Assembly (NCBI GenBank): GCA_032128375.1 | Contig: JAQBGU010000183.1 | Coordinates: forward strand, 1-64,000 | Direction of reading: 5' to 3' | From: Deltaproteobacteria bacterium | GTDB lineage: Bacteria > Myxococcota_A > UBA9160 > SMWR01 | Length of the DNA stretch: 64,000 nt | Shown: in pieces, positions 1 through 9,890 of the stretch | How the letters are laid out: every line of letters starts with the position of its first letter | How positions within the stretch are numbered: position 1 is the stretch's first letter | Position numbers and translations under genes: made by a program | The notes under the pieces: model-generated | The model's database searches: none | Seen by the model: the letters and a program-made list of their open reading frames with translations, nothing else | Told to the model about the DNA's origin: nothing

Positions 1-110
1 TACCGACCCAGCCGGAATATCACGCCGCGCTCGTACTCGGTGATGATCCTGACTCCGAATATGAACAGGACCGCAAGTACCCCCAATGCCACAATCAATG
101 CGAAAAACAT
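1..110 (-). CDS. Slipin/stomatin-like SPFH protein, 5' part (runs off window)
   Basis: Manual translation from ATG at 110: MFFALIVALGVLAVLFIFGVRIITEYERGVIFRLGR, with the typical slipin EYERGVIFRLGR; purine-rich RBS upstream; lies downstream of nfeD as is usual. Confidence 0.85.
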   Translation of the reverse strand, partial: MFFALIVALGVLAVLFIFGVRIITEYERGVIFRLGR

Positions 111-154
111 CTTCCCCTCCTCCTCAATCCGCGTTTTTCGATCCGTCTGCAGTC

Positions 155-199
155 ATCAACCAGAGAGATCAACCAGAATCATCAACGAAGCTGATCAAC
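155..199. repeat. Four ATCAAC cores at 13-bp period between nfeD and slipin
   Basis: ATCAAC at 155, 168, 181, 194; the last copy contains the nfeD stop codon. Confidence 0.6.
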
Positions 200-1565
200 T
201 TCCGGCGTCGCCACCACGAGCGGGTTTCGCTTTCGTGACGCGAAGTCGCAGCCCTTCTACCGCCGTGATCTCCACCCGCTCCCCAGCCGCAATCTCTTGA
301 TCGGCACTCGCAGACCAGTATTCCCCCCGCACAAATACCTTGCCATCCAGCGCCAGTTTGTCGTGGGCCCGCCCCACCATCCCGAGCAAATCATCGACAC
401 CCGCGGTCTGCTTGCGAAACAGACTTCTCGAAACGATTACCAACACCGTCACCACAGCCAACCCGAAGCCGCTCACCACGGGTACGAGTACCGTCCAGAA
501 CGAAATCGTCAGGTCGCTGACCTCGGGCAAATCGAACAGCATGCTCCCACCCACCAGGAAGCAGACAATGCCGGCCGTGAATAGCACGCCGAACGAGGTG
601 AAGAACATCTCCGCGATCAGAAGACCCATCCCGACCAGAATCAGCGCCAAGCCCAGCCAGGAAAACGGCAAGATCTGAAACGCAAACGCCGCCAGAACCA
701 GACACGCCGCGCCGAGGATTCCCGGCACCAGCATCCCGGGTTGCTGAAACTCGATGTATAGGCCCAGCAACCCAGCCATCACCAACAGCATGGCGACATC
801 GGGGCTCGCCAGGAAGCTGAACAGCTTCGTCATCTGGGTCATCTCGATGACTCGAATTTCGGCCTCGGCAACGTCGAGTATCACCTTCGAGTTGTCGAAT
901 TCGATCTCCAGCCCGTCGATTTGGCGCAACAGGTCCCTGCGGTCGTTGGCAATGTAATCGATGACACCGAGCTCCAGCGCCTTGTCCTGGGCGATGGCCT
1001 CCGCCTCGCGGACCGCAGAAACCGCCCATTCGACATTCCGGTCGCGCTCCCTGGCGATTGATTCCATGAACGCCATCGTGAACTTCTCCGCCTTCTCGGC
1101 CGAGACGTCCTCGCGTTCGTTGTCTTCGCCCCGGCTGCCACCGCTACCCGTGGCACTGATGGGTGAGGCCGCACCGATGCTCGTTCCCGGCGCCATCGCC
1201 GCCACGTGTCCCGCGAGCGTGATGAAGGTTCCCGCCGAAGCCGCCCACGCCCCCTTCGGCGCGACGAACACAATGATCGGAATGTCGGCGTTCAACATCG
1301 CCTGGATGATGTCTTTGGTCGACGAAAGCAATCCGCCCGGTGTGTCTAGCTCGATCAATAGCGCCTGGGCCTGCTCGGCTTCGCTTTGTCGAATCGCGTT
1401 CTGCAGGAAATCAGACGAAGCGGGGTTGATCGATCCATCAATGATGATGACGTTGACGTGCGCCGACGCGCTGGCCGCTCCGAACATCTGCGTGCCCAGC
1501 AACAGGGCTGCTGCCACCGAACAGGCCGTCTGAAGCGAGCGCATCCCCGCCCCCATCGCGCTCAC
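195..1565 (-). CDS. nfeD: NfeD long form (ClpP-class membrane serine protease, TM region, OB domain)
   Basis: LDTPGG, AASAG, MAPGTSIGAA and GKVFVRGEYW motifs; start uncertain (GTG 1565 overlapping coaBC stop, or ATG 1556/1544). Confidence 0.9.
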   Translation of the reverse strand: MSAMGAGMRSLQTACSVAAALLLGTQMFGAASASAHVNVIIIDGSINPASSDFLQNAIRQSEAEQAQALLIELDTPGGLLSSTKDIIQAMLNADIPIIVFVAPKGAWAASAGTFITLAGHVAAMAPGTSIGAASPISATGSGGSRGEDNEREDVSAEKAEKFTMAFMESIARERDRNVEWAVSAVREAEAIAQDKALELGVIDYIANDRRDLLRQIDGLEIEFDNSKVILDVAEAEIRVIEMTQMTKLFSFLASPDVAMLLVMAGLLGLYIEFQQPGMLVPGILGAACLVLAAFAFQILPFSWLGLALILVGMGLLIAEMFFTSFGVLFTAGIVCFLVGGSMLFDLPEVSDLTISFWTVLVPVVSGFGLAVVTVLVIVSRSLFRKQTAGVDDLLGMVGRAHDKLALDGKVFVRGEYWSASADQEIAAGERVEITAVEGLRLRVTKAKPARGGDAGS

Positions 1566-2770
1566 GACGATCCGCCCCGCAGTTTGGTCACGCGGTCCAA
1601 CAGCTGCGCAGCAACCTCTCGCTTGGGAAGAGAAGCGAGCTGTTCGATCTGGCCATCGGGCCACACGAACACAACGGTATTGGTGTCGCTGTCGAACCCC
1701 GATGCGGCTTGCGTGATGTCGTTCGCCACCAGCAGGTCGCAGCCCTTTCGCGCGAGCTTTCTGCGCGCTGCAGCGATCAAGTCGTGGCTTTCGGCGGCGA
1801 ATCCCACAATCGTCCGGTCGCCCTTTTTCTGGCTCAGCTCTGCCAGGATATCCGGATTTCGGGTCAGTTCGAGCGTCATACCGGCTCCATCGGGGAGGTC
1901 TTCCTTCTTGATCTTCTGCGCTGAGAAATGGGAGGGTCGAAAATCGGCGACCGCGGCCGCCATCACCGCGATGCTCGCAGCATCGAGTTCCGCGATCATC
2001 GCGTCGCGCATCTCCAGTGCCGTTTCGACGTCAATCCGACGTACACCCGGCGGCGTCGCAAGCGCGCTGGGCCCCGCGACGAGTACCGACCGTGCGCCTC
2101 GCAGCGCCGCTTCGGCCGCAATGGCGAAACCCATCTTTCCCGACGATCGATTCCCGAGGAAGCGGACCGCGTCGACCGGTTCCTGCGTGCCTCCGGCGCT
2201 GACCAGAACCACTTCGCCGGCGAGATCCTTGGGCGCGAGTTGTAATTCTGCCGCAGCCACGATCACATCGGGTTGGCTCATCCGCCCAAGCCCCTGCCAG
2301 CCGCAGGCGAGTTCCCCGGCGTCTGGCCCGACGGTGTGTATGCCTCGCTCACGCAGGATCGCCAGGTTCCGTTGCGTCGCGGGATGCTCCCACATGTTCA
2401 CGTTCATCGCCGGAGCGGCAAGGATCGGTGCTCGAGTCGCGAGCAACAGCGCCGAAACTATGTCGTCGGCCAGCCCATGCGCGAGCTTCGCAAGTGTGTT
2501 CGCAGTGGCGGGCGCTAGCACAACGAGTTCGGCCCAGTCGGCCAGCGAAATGTGATCGATCTCGCCTTCCTGTGACGGATCGAACAGGCGGTTCCGAACG
2601 ACGCTCCCAGTCAAGACCTGAAGCACCATGGGTGAGACGAACTCGCTGGCCTCGGGAGTCATTGCGCAGCGCACCGTGGCGCCCGCACCGATGAGCGCCC
2701 GAACAAGCTCGGGAACCTTGAATGCCGCGATGCCGCCAGTGACCGCGACTAGGATGCGTGGCTGCTCCAT
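1562..2770 (-). CDS. coaBC: Phosphopantothenoylcysteine decarboxylase/ligase
   Basis: TGGIAAFK, APATANTLAK, APAMNVNMW, GNRSSGKMG, AAVADF, VGFAAES. Confidence 0.96.
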   Translation of the reverse strand: MEQPRILVAVTGGIAAFKVPELVRALIGAGATVRCAMTPEASEFVSPMVLQVLTGSVVRNRLFDPSQEGEIDHISLADWAELVVLAPATANTLAKLAHGLADDIVSALLLATRAPILAAPAMNVNMWEHPATQRNLAILRERGIHTVGPDAGELACGWQGLGRMSQPDVIVAAAELQLAPKDLAGEVVLVSAGGTQEPVDAVRFLGNRSSGKMGFAIAAEAALRGARSVLVAGPSALATPPGVRRIDVETALEMRDAMIAELDAASIAVMAAAVADFRPSHFSAQKIKKEDLPDGAGMTLELTRNPDILAELSQKKGDRTIVGFAAESHDLIAAARRKLARKGCDLLVANDITQAASGFDSDTNTVVFVWPDGQIEQLASLPKREVAAQLLDRVTKLRGGSS

Positions 2771-2819
2771 GGGCGAAGCCCTCGGGTTTTGATAAAAGGG
2801 CGAAGCCCTCGGGTTTTGA
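2771..2819. repeat. 22-bp direct repeat x2 (27-bp period) abutting the coaBC start codon
   Basis: GGGCGAAGCCCTCGGGTTTTGA at 2771 and 2798. Confidence 0.85.
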
Positions 2820-2926
2820 AATTCCCTTTGTGAAATGCGAGGTTAACGGAATCGCAGCCAACCGACAAAGAGCCGGTCGAACCCCAACTCGAACAAGTCG
2901 TCAGGTCTCGCGCCCGCTGGGCACTC

Positions 2927-4348
2927 TCAGGCTTCGGCCGCGCCCAACAGCTCGATGCCACAGGCGAGTCTACGTTTCAAGGGAGCGTCTGCGTGGGCTT
3001 CTGCATACACCCGCAACCGCGGCTCCGTCCCGGACAAGCGAAGCATCAAGAAGCCATCGTCCAAACCGAGATGCAGACCATCTGAGACCGATACACTGCG
3101 AACGGCTTGTCCATCCAGCTTCTCCGGCGGGTCGGTCAACAGTTTTTCGAACGCCCGCCGGGCCTCGGGTCGCATGGGAACCGCTGCACGACCGCAGGCG
3201 CTGGTACCGTGACGAAGTTTGAGTTCGTCGAGCCGTGTTCGCAGCGGCGCGCGAAGGGAAGCCAACAGCTCCACCATCAGAGCACTCGCCATCACGCCGT
3301 CTTTATCGCGACTGAAGCTCGCAATCGCAAAGCCTCCACTTTCTTCTCCGGCTACGTCACAATCGCCCGCGTTCAGGGACTTGGAAAGCTGGCTGAACCC
3401 AATCGGATGACGCACCACATGCAGGCCGTGATCGGCCGCAACCTTGGCCACGAGCGACCCGGTCGCGATCGACACGGCCACGCCCTTTGCAATGCGTCCG
3501 GTCCGAGCCAGATGGTCGACGAGGAGCGCCACAGACTCCGTCTCGCTCAACAATTGACCGTCAGCATCGACGACTGCGAAACGATCGGCATCTCCATCGG
3601 TCGCCAGCCCCAGCCTCAATCCACCCATTGATTGCACTGCGTCACACAGATCCCCCAGGTTCGCCCGCACCGGATCGGGGGCTGCGCCACCGAACGTCGG
3701 GTCGGCCGCGCCGCGCCGAACGCGAACACGTGCACCCGCACGTTCGAGCACGCGATCGACGAGACCGGAGCCGGCTCCGTGCATGGCGTCATAGAAGACG
3801 CTGACCCGAGCGGCGCGGATCGCGTCTACGTCGATTCGCGCCAGGAGCTCGTGCGTGTAGGGTGTCGCGAGATCGATCTGATCGGCGTCCGCGGCCTCGA
3901 AGTCCACCGGTGCATCACTCGCCTCGGCAACCAGGCCTTCGATCTCGCTCGCAACCGCGTCGGCAATGCAGCTTCCATCGGCGCCGAAGATCTTCAGCCC
4001 GTGGTATTCCGACGAGTTGTGGCTCGCGGTGAAGACTACAGCGGCAGCGGAATGACGCCTCAGTATCCCACGGGCGGCAACTGGAGTCGCGGTGGGCCCT
4101 GCTGCGGCAACCGGCGCGAGCCCACATTCGCGAAGCAGCGCAGCCGCCGTCTGCGCCATGCGTTGGCCCATGAAACGCGTGTCGTGGGCGATGATCACTT
4201 CTCGCCGATCACTGTTCTCAGCCAGCCAATTGCCGACTCCACGCATCACGGCACGCAACCGCGGAAACGTAAAGTCTTCCCCTAGAATTCCGCGCCAACC
4301 GTTCGTACCAAAACGGAATTCCCAGCTCGTACTCTGTCTCGACCCCAT
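2927..4348 (-). CDS. Phosphoglucomutase/phosphomannomutase family protein
   Basis: FGTNGWRG, TASHN, DGDADR, GEESGG, RLSGTEP motifs. Confidence 0.93.
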   Translation of the reverse strand: MGSRQSTSWEFRFGTNGWRGILGEDFTFPRLRAVMRGVGNWLAENSDRREVIIAHDTRFMGQRMAQTAAALLRECGLAPVAAAGPTATPVAARGILRRHSAAAVVFTASHNSSEYHGLKIFGADGSCIADAVASEIEGLVAEASDAPVDFEAADADQIDLATPYTHELLARIDVDAIRAARVSVFYDAMHGAGSGLVDRVLERAGARVRVRRGAADPTFGGAAPDPVRANLGDLCDAVQSMGGLRLGLATDGDADRFAVVDADGQLLSETESVALLVDHLARTGRIAKGVAVSIATGSLVAKVAADHGLHVVRHPIGFSQLSKSLNAGDCDVAGEESGGFAIASFSRDKDGVMASALMVELLASLRAPLRTRLDELKLRHGTSACGRAAVPMRPEARRAFEKLLTDPPEKLDGQAVRSVSVSDGLHLGLDDGFLMLRLSGTEPRLRVYAEAHADAPLKRRLACGIELLGAAEA

Positions 4349-4393
4349 CACTTTCCGCCGGAATTCCCAAAAAATTGGACGGGTCAAGTGGGG

Positions 4394-4897
4394 TCAGTCG
4401 TGCCCCAGTCTCTCCCGAAGACTCTTCGCCACCGATGCGGGTACGAATTCGTCTACGGATCGGCCGAACCGGACCAGTTCCTTGAGTCGGGACGAACTCA
4501 CGTAGAGATACTTCTGGCTCGACATCAGGAACACCGTCTCGACATCTGGAGCGAGGTGCTTGTTCATCAGCGCCATCTCGAACTCGTCTTCGAAGTCGGA
4601 CATGGCTCTGACACCCCTAATGATCACGTGTGCACCGATTTCCTTCGCGAAATCGACCGTGAGCGTGTCAAACGCTGTGACCTCGACCCGGGGTTCGTTG
4701 CCGAAGACGGACTCCAACATCGCGACGCGCTCGTCACGGGTAAAAGTGCCCTCTTTGGAAACGTTGTACGCCACAGCAATCACGAGATGGCCGAACATCG
4801 CCAGCGCACGGTTCGCTACGTCGATGTGCCCATTGGTCAGCGGGTCGAAACTCGCGGGAAACACGGCCGTGGTCTGTTGCGTCTTGTTCGAGGACAT
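4394..4897 (-). CDS. coaD: Pantetheine-phosphate adenylyltransferase
   Basis: FPASFDPLTNGH, IRGVRAMSDFE, VSSS motifs; follows rsmD. Confidence 0.96.
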   Translation of the reverse strand: MSSNKTQQTTAVFPASFDPLTNGHIDVANRALAMFGHLVIAVAYNVSKEGTFTRDERVAMLESVFGNEPRVEVTAFDTLTVDFAKEIGAHVIIRGVRAMSDFEDEFEMALMNKHLAPDVETVFLMSSQKYLYVSSSRLKELVRFGRSVDEFVPASVAKSLRERLGHD

Positions 4898-4916
4898 GTG
4901 TGGTTCCAATCTCCGT

Positions 4917-5513
4917 CTATCGATGCGGTTCGATCTTCGATCCACCCAGGTCGCCTGGCAACGACTCGGTCGTGAAGCGCGTCACGACTGTGTCTCCATA
5001 ACGGCGTTCGCCAATTTCTACCAAGCCTTCGATCCTGGGCGAAGGATGACGCCTATCCCGCTCGAGCACCACCACCGCTTGCGGGGCCAGAATCCCCGTT
5101 ACCACCAATGCTTCGAGCGCCCGCTGGGGCTCGTCCGAACCATAGGGGGGATCAATCAACGCGAGATCGAAGCGCTTTTCCGTGCGCGCGAGTCGCCGAA
5201 GCGCGGGCGGCACGTCACCGGAGACGACCTGGACCATCGCTTCCAGTTCGAGCGAAGCCAGATTCGCGCGCAGACACGAGAGCGTGCGCGAGGCTCGCTC
5301 AACACAGACGACAGAACGTGCACCGCGCGACGCCGCTTCGATCGCGAGTGCACCGCTGCCCGAATACAAGTCCACTACGTGCTGGCCCGCGAGGTCACCG
5401 AGTTGCGCAAACAGAGATTCTCGAACGCGATCGGCAGTGGGACGCACATCCACTGGGGGCACGCGAAAATGCCTTCCCACGAGGCGACCCCCGGTTACTC
5501 TAAGGCCCTTCAC
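4917..5513 (-). CDS. rsmD: 16S rRNA (guanine966-N2) methyltransferase
   Basis: LRVTGG, RPTADRVRESLF, DLYSGSGALAIEAASRGA, DPPY; GTG start at 5513 inferred. Confidence 0.92.
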   Translation of the reverse strand: MKGLRVTGGRLVGRHFRVPPVDVRPTADRVRESLFAQLGDLAGQHVVDLYSGSGALAIEAASRGARSVVCVERASRTLSCLRANLASLELEAMVQVVSGDVPPALRRLARTEKRFDLALIDPPYGSDEPQRALEALVVTGILAPQAVVVLERDRRHPSPRIEGLVEIGERRYGDTVVTRFTTESLPGDLGGSKIEPHR

Positions 5514-6120
5514 GGATCTCCCCGGCAGCGATCGACACTCCGACGGTCGGTTGCTGACATGGTAGAGTGCAACGACATGCGTTCGACTGTGTACGAATAT
5601 TGTGTTTGAACACAAGGATGTTCATCGCTAAGTTCGTGAAGCGCAGCCCGCGCGTCGCGCAGCCGACCCTTCACAGGTTGCCCAGAGCGTCAACTGATGA
5701 GTCGTCTGGTTTCGACCACCCAGTCCAGAAAATGGGGTCGACGGACCGGCAGAAGGGATCACGCCTCAATCCAGCGCCGCGCAGCGACCGGATCGCTCGT
5801 CATCGCTTCTCAGTGTCACGCAGCTCACACTTGATCACTTTTCACCCTTGCCCAAACCCAACTCCGCCCCTACACTGCGCTGCCTCGCGGGTGACGCGTT
5901 CCCTTGTGACTTGTGCCTGTGTCACCAAGCAACACTGAGGCCAGCAGCAAGCAGCCAGCAGCAAGCAGACAGTGCGGTATTGCAACGACCGTGTCACAAG
6001 AGACTTTGCAATGCGATCACTGCGGATACGAACAATCACATGCTAGACAATTATGCAGAACAAAAAGAAGCGGAGAAGAAAAAGAACTGACAGAACAGTG
6101 CGTTAAGAAATTCAAAAAGC

Positions 6121-6285
6121 CGTTTGATCGACAGGATCGACGGATAACCCAAGCGCCTTTCGATTGTCTGGTTCGCAATACCCGAATGCGGTGGTAACGA
6201 GCACCGCGAAGATATTCGGGATGATCGGGACAATCGGAAAGAGAGCTCGCGTCATCGAGGACGACGATTGCTCGCTGCGCAAACG
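6121..6285 (+). ncRNA. Candidate structured RNA (long imperfect rod) in the leader of the XRE gene
   Basis: Nested complementary arms 6121-6126/6280-6285, 6161-6168/6229-6236, 6181-6187/6214-6220, 6188-6193/6202-6207. Confidence 0.4.
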
Positions 6286-6301
6286 AGGAGAAAAAATATC
6301 C

Positions 6302-6544
6302 ATGGCAACAGCTGCAGTAGAACGACTCAAGAGAAAACTGCCTGAAAGGCTCGCCGCAGTCCGCGCAGATCGATCACAGCGACAGTTCGCGCGCGATCTT
6401 GGAGTGTTCCAGCAGAACGTCAACCGCTATGAGAGCGGAACCACGCCTCACACTGATTTCCTGATCACGCTCGCTCTCAAAGAGAACATCTCCGTAGATT
6501 GGCTTCTGCTGGGCAAGGGGAAGATGCGGCGAAGCGCCCGCTAA
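6302..6544 (+). CDS. Small XRE-family HTH transcriptional regulator
   Basis: SQRQFARDLGVFQQNVNRYESG...ISVDWLLLGKG; AGGAG RBS at 6286-6290. Confidence 0.9.
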   Translation: MATAAVERLKRKLPERLAAVRADRSQRQFARDLGVFQQNVNRYESGTTPHTDFLITLALKENISVDWLLLGKGKMRRSAR

Positions 6545-6635
6545 GCCATTCGGCGCCGGCGCGGCTGCGCAGACCGTCTTGCGCAGCCGAGCACGAAGTG
6601 ACGCAGTAGCGATAACGCGATAACGCGATAACGAT

Positions 6636-6672
6636 AGAGGGGCCCGACTGACAGTCGGGTCCCTCTTATGTC
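6636..6672 (+). terminator. Strong hairpin after the XRE gene, probable intrinsic terminator
   Basis: AGAGGGGCCCGACTG-A-CAGTCGGGTCCCTCT followed by T-rich sequence; a second hairpin CGGCTGCGCA/TGCGCAGCCG lies just upstream. Confidence 0.65.
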
Positions 6673-6890
6673 GTTTTGACGGTCGTTTTGACGCGTTGCG
6701 CGAGAGATTCCGGCTGCTGACCGCTGAAAACTCTGTAGCCTTGGCCGCCCTTGGTCGGCCCGCTACTCGAAAAGAGGAAGGAACTACCCTCAGACGTCCC
6801 GGTCGGTGAGCAGCCCCGCCTCTCGCAAATGCGCAACCTTCGAGCGCAGGGGCTCGATCTTACACGGGACTCCGATTCCATGTTTCACAG

Positions 6891-6906
6891 AGGCACGGAT
6901 ATTGCT
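6891..6906 (+). promoter_or_regulatory. Sigma54 -24/-12 promoter
   Basis: AGGCAC-GGATA-TTGCT, exact GG-N10-GC spacing, about 40 nt upstream of the 6948 CDS. Confidence 0.7.
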
Positions 6907-6947
6907 CTACTTCATCTCGAATCCGCGCTTGAGTTTCGGATGATGGA

Positions 6948-7286
6948 GTGATTTTGCACCTTCTTGCGCTCCTGACACTGGTCCTTTCGGCCGCCGACCA
7001 CTGGACAACCTACCTGTGCCTGCGAAGCCCAGTGGATGGCTGGCAGGTGACGGAAGCCAATCCGATCTCCGATTGGCTCTTTCAGGGGGTGGGTCTCGTA
7101 CCCGGCCTGGTGATCGACAGCATGGTCACAGTCATTGCCGTGTCACTTCTGTTGACGACATCGAGAGTTCCGCAATACGCAAAGGGCACGTTCTTCTGCC
7201 TGGTCGTAATGACCACCAGCTATGCGGTCATCAACAATGTTGAAGCGCTCTCCGCTCTCGGCCTGTCCCCGCTGGGACAGAGCTAG
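6948..7286 (+). CDS. Small membrane protein, DUF5658-like
   Basis: Three hydrophobic segments with D..TT and EANP pattern; GGAG next to the start. Confidence 0.65.
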   Translation: MILHLLALLTLVLSAADHWTTYLCLRSPVDGWQVTEANPISDWLFQGVGLVPGLVIDSMVTVIAVSLLLTTSRVPQYAKGTFFCLVVMTTSYAVINNVEALSALGLSPLGQS

Positions 7287-7328
7287 GAGCGTGATTGGCG
7301 GAGCGAAAGCTCTGCCACAGGGATAGCG

Positions 7329-8093
7329 ATGCAGACAAAAAATCTCGAAAACGCGCGCCAGGAACCTGCTCGGAAAGTTGGGATTTCTGCCCAGCAGACG
7401 AGCCCTGTGAAGGATCCCACGCATCGCCGCAGCCCGAAGGCCTCGGGTTGGTCAGTCAGCGCGCTCGCGTGTCTGGCTCTTGGACTATCGTCTTTCACCC
7501 AACCCGTAAGCGAGCAATTCTCACGGTCCGATCCAACCGATCCGCACCGCGCGACGCAGGAAATTACCGCTGCTGTCCCGACACGTCACAGCTGTTCGGC
7601 TGATTCCCGGCGCGCTCCGGATCGGGATGCCGTGGCGAATGCTGTCGCGTACTTCAACGCACATCGATCGCACCTGACCAAAACAGAGATCCAACACGTC
7701 GCCGAAGTCCTGGTCGAGTGCGCGGCCCACTACGCCGTGGACCCCGAGCTGGTGATCGCAGTAATCCACATCGAGAGCCGCGGTAATCCGTTCGCAGTGT
7801 CTCCGGTGGGTGCCATGGGGCTGATGCAGGTCATGCCCGCGACCGGTGAAGAACTCGCCGCCGAGCTCGGCGTACAATGGGTCGGCTCGAAGCTGCTCTT
7901 CGAACCCGAGATCAATGTGCGGTTCGGTATCGCATACCTCCGGCAGCTCCGGCAGCGCTTCGGGGACTGGCCAACCGCGCTCGCCGCGTACAATTGGGGT
8001 CCGAACAGCATCTCTCAGAGGCTGCGCGCTGGTGTCGCTCTGCCAGTCCTGTATTCCACATCGGTTCTCCAGGCAAAGCGCAACCGTACCTAG
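7329..8093 (+). CDS. Lytic transglycosylase (SLT domain)
   Basis: IHIES, GAMGLMQVMP, ALAAYNWG motifs; N-terminal extension with a hydrophobic segment. Confidence 0.92.
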   Translation: MQTKNLENARQEPARKVGISAQQTSPVKDPTHRRSPKASGWSVSALACLALGLSSFTQPVSEQFSRSDPTDPHRATQEITAAVPTRHSCSADSRRAPDRDAVANAVAYFNAHRSHLTKTEIQHVAEVLVECAAHYAVDPELVIAVIHIESRGNPFAVSPVGAMGLMQVMPATGEELAAELGVQWVGSKLLFEPEINVRFGIAYLRQLRQRFGDWPTALAAYNWGPNSISQRLRAGVALPVLYSTSVLQAKRNRT

Positions 8094-8115
8094 CAACGGA
8101 CGGGCTTCCCAAGCG

Positions 8116-9651
8116 TCAACGCGTGAGTTCGAACGCGATCGCATCGACGGCATCCATCGCATCCGCCGCACCCTGACGAAACCCGTTGACCAGGATCGAA
8201 AACACGACCCGCTGGCCGTTGCCGTCGATTGCGTAGCCCGAAAGTGCGGTGACGCGGGTCAGCAGCCCGGTCTTGGCTCGCAGCCGCCCCTCGGCAGCTG
8301 TCGCGCGTTCTTGCAGCGTTCCATCGATGGACGCTATTGGGAGCGCCGCCTGAAACTCCGAGCCGAAATGAAACGAGTCGCTCGCTATTCGCAGCGCAGA
8401 AACCAGAGCGACCGGTGTCACGCGGTTTTCATACGAGAGGCCCGATCCATCGCTGAGCACCGCGCCAGTGAGGTCGATTCCGAGCGCGGTGAGCTCCCGG
8501 CGCATTGCCGCGATCCCGTTGGTCCATGTCCCTGAGGTTCGTTCCGTGGTGGAGACAGTCTCGGCGGGAGCTGTCTCGGCGCGACGGTTCTTTTCAAGGG
8601 TCCTGGTAGGAGGTGTATCGGTAGGAGGTGTCTCAGTAGCCAGCGACCCGGTCGAGAGCTCCGGGCTATGTCGACCCATCGCCTTCAGCAGCGTTTCACC
8701 GATCGCGTTGTTGCTGTATTTCAAAAACAAGCTGACGATCTGGGTCAGCGGAAACCCTTTGAACGACTTGACTAGCGTCATTTCGCTCCCCACCGCCCCA
8801 ACGAGCGTCTGTGCCCCGACCTCGATATGGTTGGCTTCGAGTTGCATGCGAAGCACCGAACCCGCGTAGCGAACCGGATCCAACACGCTCCGATAGTGGG
8901 TCATCGGATCACCTCCAGCACGTAGCAAGCCCGACACCACCACATCTTCGCCGACGTCGACCGCGCGGCGATCGAGAACCAAGCCGGCCTTGGCGCGGCG
9001 GTCGACTGTCCGCGCGCGATTGACCAATCGCAAGTATGCGACCGGGGGGTCGATCATCACACGCACCGGTTCACCAGCTTTGGCTCCGCTGCGAACACTG
9101 ACCCCATAGGCACCATAGTTCGCATTGAGAGCGGCAATCGGCGCGTTGTAGGCTCGAGACGAGATCACGCCCCAGGCCGAGTTCCAGAACTCGGAATCGA
9201 ACTGCGTGGCATCGAGCAGCAAACCACGCTTGATGTTTCGAATTCCCAGCACGCGCAGATCGGCCGCCAAGCGCCACCACTGCTCCGAGGTCAACGCGGG
9301 ATCTCCACCGCCGAGCACTCCGAGGACATCGATCTCGCCGTCGGGACCCGGCGCCGCATCGGCGTACAATTCAGTCACGAATCGGTGCGTGGGCCCAAAC
9401 ATCGACAGCGCCGCGAGCGCGGTCAGAATCTTCATATTCGATGCAGGAATCAACGCCCGGTCCGCATGGTGGGCAAAGCGCACCACGCCGTCGTCGAGAT
9501 TCGCGACATAGACCGCGACGCGCGCTCCCTCGAGCGCATCCGCGGCGAGCACAGCGTTCAACCGCGCCGCCAAATCGTCGGGGCGCGCGCTCACAGCTTC
9601 CACGCTCGTCATCAGCAGACAGCCGACGACTACGACCCACACCCGAAGCAT
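8116..9651 (-). CDS. dacB: D-Ala-D-Ala carboxypeptidase/endopeptidase PBP4 (peptidase S13)
   Basis: PASNMK (SxxK), SNN, DGSGLS, AKTG motifs; signal peptide. Confidence 0.93.
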   Translation of the reverse strand: MLRVWVVVVGCLLMTSVEAVSARPDDLAARLNAVLAADALEGARVAVYVANLDDGVVRFAHHADRALIPASNMKILTALAALSMFGPTHRFVTELYADAAPGPDGEIDVLGVLGGGDPALTSEQWWRLAADLRVLGIRNIKRGLLLDATQFDSEFWNSAWGVISSRAYNAPIAALNANYGAYGVSVRSGAKAGEPVRVMIDPPVAYLRLVNRARTVDRRAKAGLVLDRRAVDVGEDVVVSGLLRAGGDPMTHYRSVLDPVRYAGSVLRMQLEANHIEVGAQTLVGAVGSEMTLVKSFKGFPLTQIVSLFLKYSNNAIGETLLKAMGRHSPELSTGSLATETPPTDTPPTRTLEKNRRAETAPAETVSTTERTSGTWTNGIAAMRRELTALGIDLTGAVLSDGSGLSYENRVTPVALVSALRIASDSFHFGSEFQAALPIASIDGTLQERATAAEGRLRAKTGLLTRVTALSGYAIDGNGQRVVFSILVNGFRQGAADAMDAVDAIAFELTR

Positions 9652-9890
9652 GCATACTCCTCGAGAAATTTCGCAGACCTGCAGTCTCGGGGGGAGGCGT
9701 CGAGCAGCGCCTTTCCCAGCACGGCCGCTTGACGTCACCGAGCATATCCGGGAGCCTGCGAGCCGGCAATCGAGCGCACCGAGTTGCGCGTTCGGCGCTT
9801 TGCGGCGAATGCTTCCACGTCGTCGCCTGACCCTGTTGGATCAGGCTCCTGGGTTTCGCAAAACGATGCGGATGCCCGAGCGGGAGGAAC

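Noticed and set aside
5600..6120. Possible oriC or small ORFs in the long intergenic region
   Set aside because: No TTATCCACA-type DnaA boxes or dnaA context; ORFs lack recognisable features
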